A stretch of DNA of 36,651 bases, taken from positions 1 through 36,651 of the IMG/VR virus record IMGVR_UViG_3300037511_000250; one strand, given 5' to 3'. Position numbers and translations under genes: made by a program. Positions 34,494 to 36,651 of this stretch are shown here, one piece after another (positions within the stretch are counted from its first letter, which is position 1; each line of letters begins with the position of its first letter). The notes below the pieces were generated by a model. That model saw only the letters and a program-made list of their open reading frames with translations, ran no database searches and was not told where the DNA came from. This stretch comes from a virus. Taxonomy: Duplodnaviria > Caudoviricetes.

Positions 34494-34748
34494 ATGGATA
34501 TGCGAGTGGCAAATATAGGTGAACCCCTTCCAAACAACATCATCATGATGGATTTAGCCCCAAGGTATAGAGACGAATCTCAAGAAGAAATAAATTACAA
34601 CGAACATAAAGAGGACTTTTCTCAAAAAGTATACAGAATAAATGAGCTTAGATTTAAAAGTATAGGAAAAGCAATAAGTGCTATTGAAAAAAATAGAAAG
34701 GTTATCGAGGAGTACATGTCGCTTGTTAAACAGATTTACGGGGAGTAA
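34494..34748 (+). CDS. Hypothetical protein, first gene of the PL arm
   Basis: 84 aa; AAGGAG RBS (start 34494 or 34500). Confidence 0.7.
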   Translation: MDMRVANIGEPLPNNIIMMDLAPRYRDESQEEINYNEHKEDFSQKVYRINELRFKSIGKAISAIEKNRKVIEEYMSLVKQIYGE

Positions 34749-34751
34749 CTC

Positions 34752-34916
34752 ATGAGCACTGTAGAAAGTTTAACTATTGAAGTTAATGCGCTAAAGGTAA
34801 TGTACGCAAGTTTTTTTGATAAATTCGAAAATATGGTTGTTGCTAATAGAGAACTAGCGCAGACTATCGCCGCAATTCCTTTGTTGATTAAAGATATTAG
34901 AGAAATTAATGGGTAA
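34752..34916 (+). CDS. Small hypothetical protein
   Basis: Hand-translated 54 aa; GGGGAG RBS. Confidence 0.55.
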   Translation: MSTVESLTIEVNALKVMYASFFDKFENMVVANRELAQTIAAIPLLIKDIREING

Positions 34917-35035
34917 TGAAGAAGAAGATAACGCACTGCAAGCTTTGGCTTATCAGTGCGAGCTTGAGCAGAGAAGGTATGAGGAAGAGCTTAAGCATTT
35001 AGAAGAGATGATTTTAAATTATACGGAGGTAGGTT

Positions 35036-35809
35036 ATGACTCAAGAAGTAATTTCGCAGACGAATACAGTTCCTTCAGTTCCCTATGAATTACAGGAAAA
35101 GGTGTTTGTTGGCGGCGATCTTAGTAAGTTAGACGTTAAGGAAAGGCTGTCTTTCTATAATGCATTATGCAAAAGCTTAAACCTAAACCCTCTTACAAGG
35201 CCATTTGAATATATTACGCTTCAGGGAAAAATGACTTTGTACGCAAGAAAAGACGCCACGGAGCAATTAAGAAAAATTAATGTAATAAGCATAGAGAAAA
35301 TGGAAGAAAAGGTGTCTAGCGATATATACCGGATTCAAGTAACTGTTGTTGATTCGAGTGGTAGAAAGGATATAGCTACCGGAGCAGTTAATATATCTGG
35401 ATTAAAGGGTGATGCGCTTGCTAATGCCTACATGAAAGCGGAAACAAAAGCAAAAAGAAGGGCTACATTGTCTATATGTGGACTTGGGTTTCTTGATGAA
35501 ACAGAACTGGAAACCATACCAGAGATTAAAACAGTTAAGGGTTCCTCCCCTAAAGTCATACAAAAAGATAATAAAAAATCAGGATCTTATTTTGAGGTGA
35601 ACTGGGTTTCTGCTATAGACGGCTGTAAATCACTGGAGGAGTTAGAGCATACATTTAAGGCCGCATATAAGGACGTTATGAACAAAAAAGACAAGGATTT
35701 ATTGAGCCAAATAATATCCATAAAGGATTTAAGGAAAAAAGAGCTGGAAGCCGACAAAAAGTATTGTGAGGATTATTTGGCATCAGGAGAAGCAAGTGAA
35801 CCTGTATAA
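35036..35809 (+). CDS. Putative single-strand annealing / recombination protein (RecT/Bet-like)
   Basis: GDLSKL...RL..Y...C.SL.LNPLT.PF.YI.L.GK.TLYA.KD; NA.MKAETKAKRRATLSICGLG; next to Gp157. Confidence 0.7.
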   Translation: MTQEVISQTNTVPSVPYELQEKVFVGGDLSKLDVKERLSFYNALCKSLNLNPLTRPFEYITLQGKMTLYARKDATEQLRKINVISIEKMEEKVSSDIYRIQVTVVDSSGRKDIATGAVNISGLKGDALANAYMKAETKAKRRATLSICGLGFLDETELETIPEIKTVKGSSPKVIQKDNKKSGSYFEVNWVSAIDGCKSLEELEHTFKAAYKDVMNKKDKDLLSQIISIKDLRKKELEADKKYCEDYLASGEASEPV

Positions 35810-36287
35810 AATTACCGATGAATATGTAAAGGCTTTTGAGGAACTTAATAGTATTGAAGGGGTTGATCAAGAAACGATTAACAATACTTTAGAGGCTTTT
35901 AATTCTGAGATCACAGATAAAGTTATAAACATAGCTTCTTATATAAAGAATCTTGAAGCAGAATCAAATGCGATGGATGACTACATAAAATCAATGACGG
36001 AGAAAAAGAACTCTCGAAAGAAGAAAATAGAATGGCTTAAGTCTTACCTTAGAGAAAATCTTATAAGGGTTGGAAAGGATAAGGTTAACGGAGATGAACT
36101 ATCGATAATTTTGGGGGGAGAAGATATAAGTACAGATGTTTTTGATATCAACATTGTTCCCATAAATTTCTGCGTAAAGATTGAGGAGATTAGGCCTGAT
36201 AAGGAGAGGATAAAAGAAGCGCTTCTAAATGGTCAAGATGTGGATGGCGCGCGATTAGTTAAAACCAGAAGGTTAACGATTAAGTAA
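35796..36287 (+). CDS. Siphovirus Gp157 family protein
   Basis: NLY.IT..Y, K..NIA.YIKNLEAE, LKSYL, PDK..IKEAL..G..V.GA.L; GTG start after AGGAG. Confidence 0.9.
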   Translation: MNLYKITDEYVKAFEELNSIEGVDQETINNTLEAFNSEITDKVINIASYIKNLEAESNAMDDYIKSMTEKKNSRKKKIEWLKSYLRENLIRVGKDKVNGDELSIILGGEDISTDVFDINIVPINFCVKIEEIRPDKERIKEALLNGQDVDGARLVKTRRLTIK

Positions 36288-36305
36288 TTTTTAACAGGAG
36301 GATAT

Positions 36306-36566
36306 ATGAAGTCAAGTAAAAGTAAAAAGAGTAGTTTTTTATCGGATAGTACTTTTAAGATTATTGAATACACCAGGGGAAAAGATTTAATCAGGACAAA
36401 AGAAATTACTGATTTCATAAATAAAATATATAAAAATCATGATTCAACAATAGTTGGAACTAAGTTAGCTTATTTAGCAAAAATAGGTGTTCTTAAAAAG
36501 AAGGAAAGGGGTATTTACAAGGTGGTTAAAAAGCTACCGAAAAAGTACGCAGAGGTTTTTGCATAG
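36306..36566 (+). CDS. Winged-helix DNA-binding protein
   Basis: KL.YL.K.G.LKK..RGIY wing motif; AGGAGG RBS. Confidence 0.7.
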   Translation: MKSSKSKKSSFLSDSTFKIIEYTRGKDLIRTKEITDFINKIYKNHDSTIVGTKLAYLAKIGVLKKKERGIYKVVKKLPKKYAEVFA

Positions 36567-36651
36567 GCTACGCCTCCGGCGATGGATAAGTATTAATTTA
36601 TCAGGCCGCAGTGCACCGTCGGTTTAATAACGGGCTCAATGGCTGCAAATT
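36518..36651. repeat. Terminal direct repeat, right copy
   Basis: Matches 1-134 with one mismatch. Confidence 0.97.

Noticed and set aside
34494-34748. Lambda N-like antiterminator by position
   Set aside because: No arginine-rich RNA-binding motif

Overview
The window appears to be one complete, circularly permuted, AT-rich phage genome of about 36.5 kb; 1-134 repeats at 36518-36651 with one mismatch. It has a lambdoid layout and a P22-like (podovirus) virion module. A cI-like/cro-like switch at 32.7-33.7 kb separates two arms. The plus-strand early arm (34.1 kb through the end and on to 6.7 kb) carries a recombination protein, Gp157, CsrA, YopX and many small ORFs. The minus-strand arm carries a DUF1376 replication initiator with iterons, accessory ORFs, an endonuclease, TerS, TerL, portal, scaffold, coat, gp4/gp10-like proteins, ejection proteins, tail fibres and a lysis cassette. 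The CsrA sequence suggests a gammaproteobacterial host, possibly Legionellales (inference). The most unusual signal is an RNA-level regulatory layer: at least four intergenic RNAs closed by a tRNA-like acceptor stem with an NCCA-type tail (three also with a T-arm-like hairpin) but with non-tRNA interiors, a shared CAGAGT hairpin motif, a phage-encoded CsrA, and SD-sequestering hairpins on head genes. Also notable are a repressor lacking the S24 autocleavage residues, no visible integrase, N, Q or spanin, three matching IHF-type boxes in the head operon, and a C92 amidase in the lysis cassette. All family assignments and RNA folds were made by eye, without searches.
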